Part shown: in pieces, positions 63,066-64,000 of the stretch | Layout: the number at the start of each line of letters is the position of its first letter | How positions within the stretch are numbered: position 1 is the first letter of the stretch | NCBI RefSeq assembly: GCF_006345805.1 | Contig: NC_043026.1 | Coordinates: 3,968,001 to 4,032,000 of the forward strand | DNA from: Octopus sinensis | Lineage: Eukaryota | Direction of reading: 5' to 3' | Length of the DNA stretch: 64,000 nucleotides | Notes under the pieces: model-generated | The model's database searches: none | What the model saw: only the letters and a program-made list of their open reading frames with translations | Told to the model about the DNA's origin: nothing | Made by a program: the position numbers and the translations under genes

Positions 63066-63824
63066 ACATGTTCGTATATAGGTACTTGTATATATACATA
63101 CATACATATATATGTGTGTGTGTGTAATATATATACATATATACATACATATATACAAGTACCTATATACGAACATGTACAATATATACATAGATATGCA
63201 AATGTATATATATACATTTGCATATAATATATAATATATATATATATTTGTACATGTTCGTATATAGGTACTTGTATATATACATACATACATATATATG
63301 TGTGTGTGTGTGTGTGTAATATATATTACATATATATTTACATTACATATATACAAGTACCTATATACGAACATGTACAAATATATATATATATATATAT
63401 ATATTTGTACATGTTCGTATATAGGTACTTGTTATATATACATAATATATATATGTGTGGTGTGTGTGTGTGTGAGTGTGTGTGTAATATATATACATAT
63501 ATACATACATATATATTTACATTACATATATACAAGTACCTATATACAAACATGTACAAATATATATATGCAAATGTATATATGTGTATATATTATATAT
63601 GTATACATTTGCATATATATATATATATTTGTACATGTTCGTATATAGGTACTTGTATATATACATACATACATATATATGTGTGTGTAATATATATACA
63701 TATATACATACATATATATTTACATTACATACATACAAGTACCTATATACGAACATGTACAGATATAATATATATATATATATGCAAATGTATATATGTA
63801 TATATTATATATGTATACATTTGC

Positions 63825-63866
<42 letters not shown>

Positions 63867-63906
63867 ACATGTTCGTATATAGGTACTTGTATATATACAT
63901 ACATAC

Positions 63907-63948
<42 letters not shown>

Positions 63949-64000
63949 CATATATACACACATATATATTTACATTACATATATACAAGTACCTATATAC
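62930..64000. repeat. Tandem array of self-complementary ~200-bp units
   Basis: TACAAGTACCTATATACGAACATGTACAAAT and its reverse complement alternate five times; array is truncated by the window end. Confidence 0.9.

Overview
This is repeat-dominated animal genomic DNA, most likely from an octopus (cephalopod); that assignment is inferred from the SINE types, extreme microsatellite load and TTAGGG motifs. I found no convincing host protein-coding exon, and almost all long ORFs in the track are microsatellite translations. The window contains four tRNA-derived SINE families plus a (GAT)n-tailed retroposon, 5'-truncated CR1-group, RTE and R4/Dong-like LINE ends, a Tc1 transposase relic, two non-autonomous Helitrons, piggyBac-like and foldback MITEs, several SINE- or MITE-derived tandem arrays, and a 100-N gap. 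The most notable signal, invisible to the ORF track, is nine type I hammerhead-ribozyme motifs from five short (TA)n-associated element families. They include a 352-bp retrozyme-like monomer with a canonical hammerhead and 43-bp terminal redundancy (54761-55155), and a family whose core carries the compensatory G3-C8 swap in two copies (13073-13118, 20729-20775). All structures were paired by eye and all family names come from recalled motifs, not database searches.
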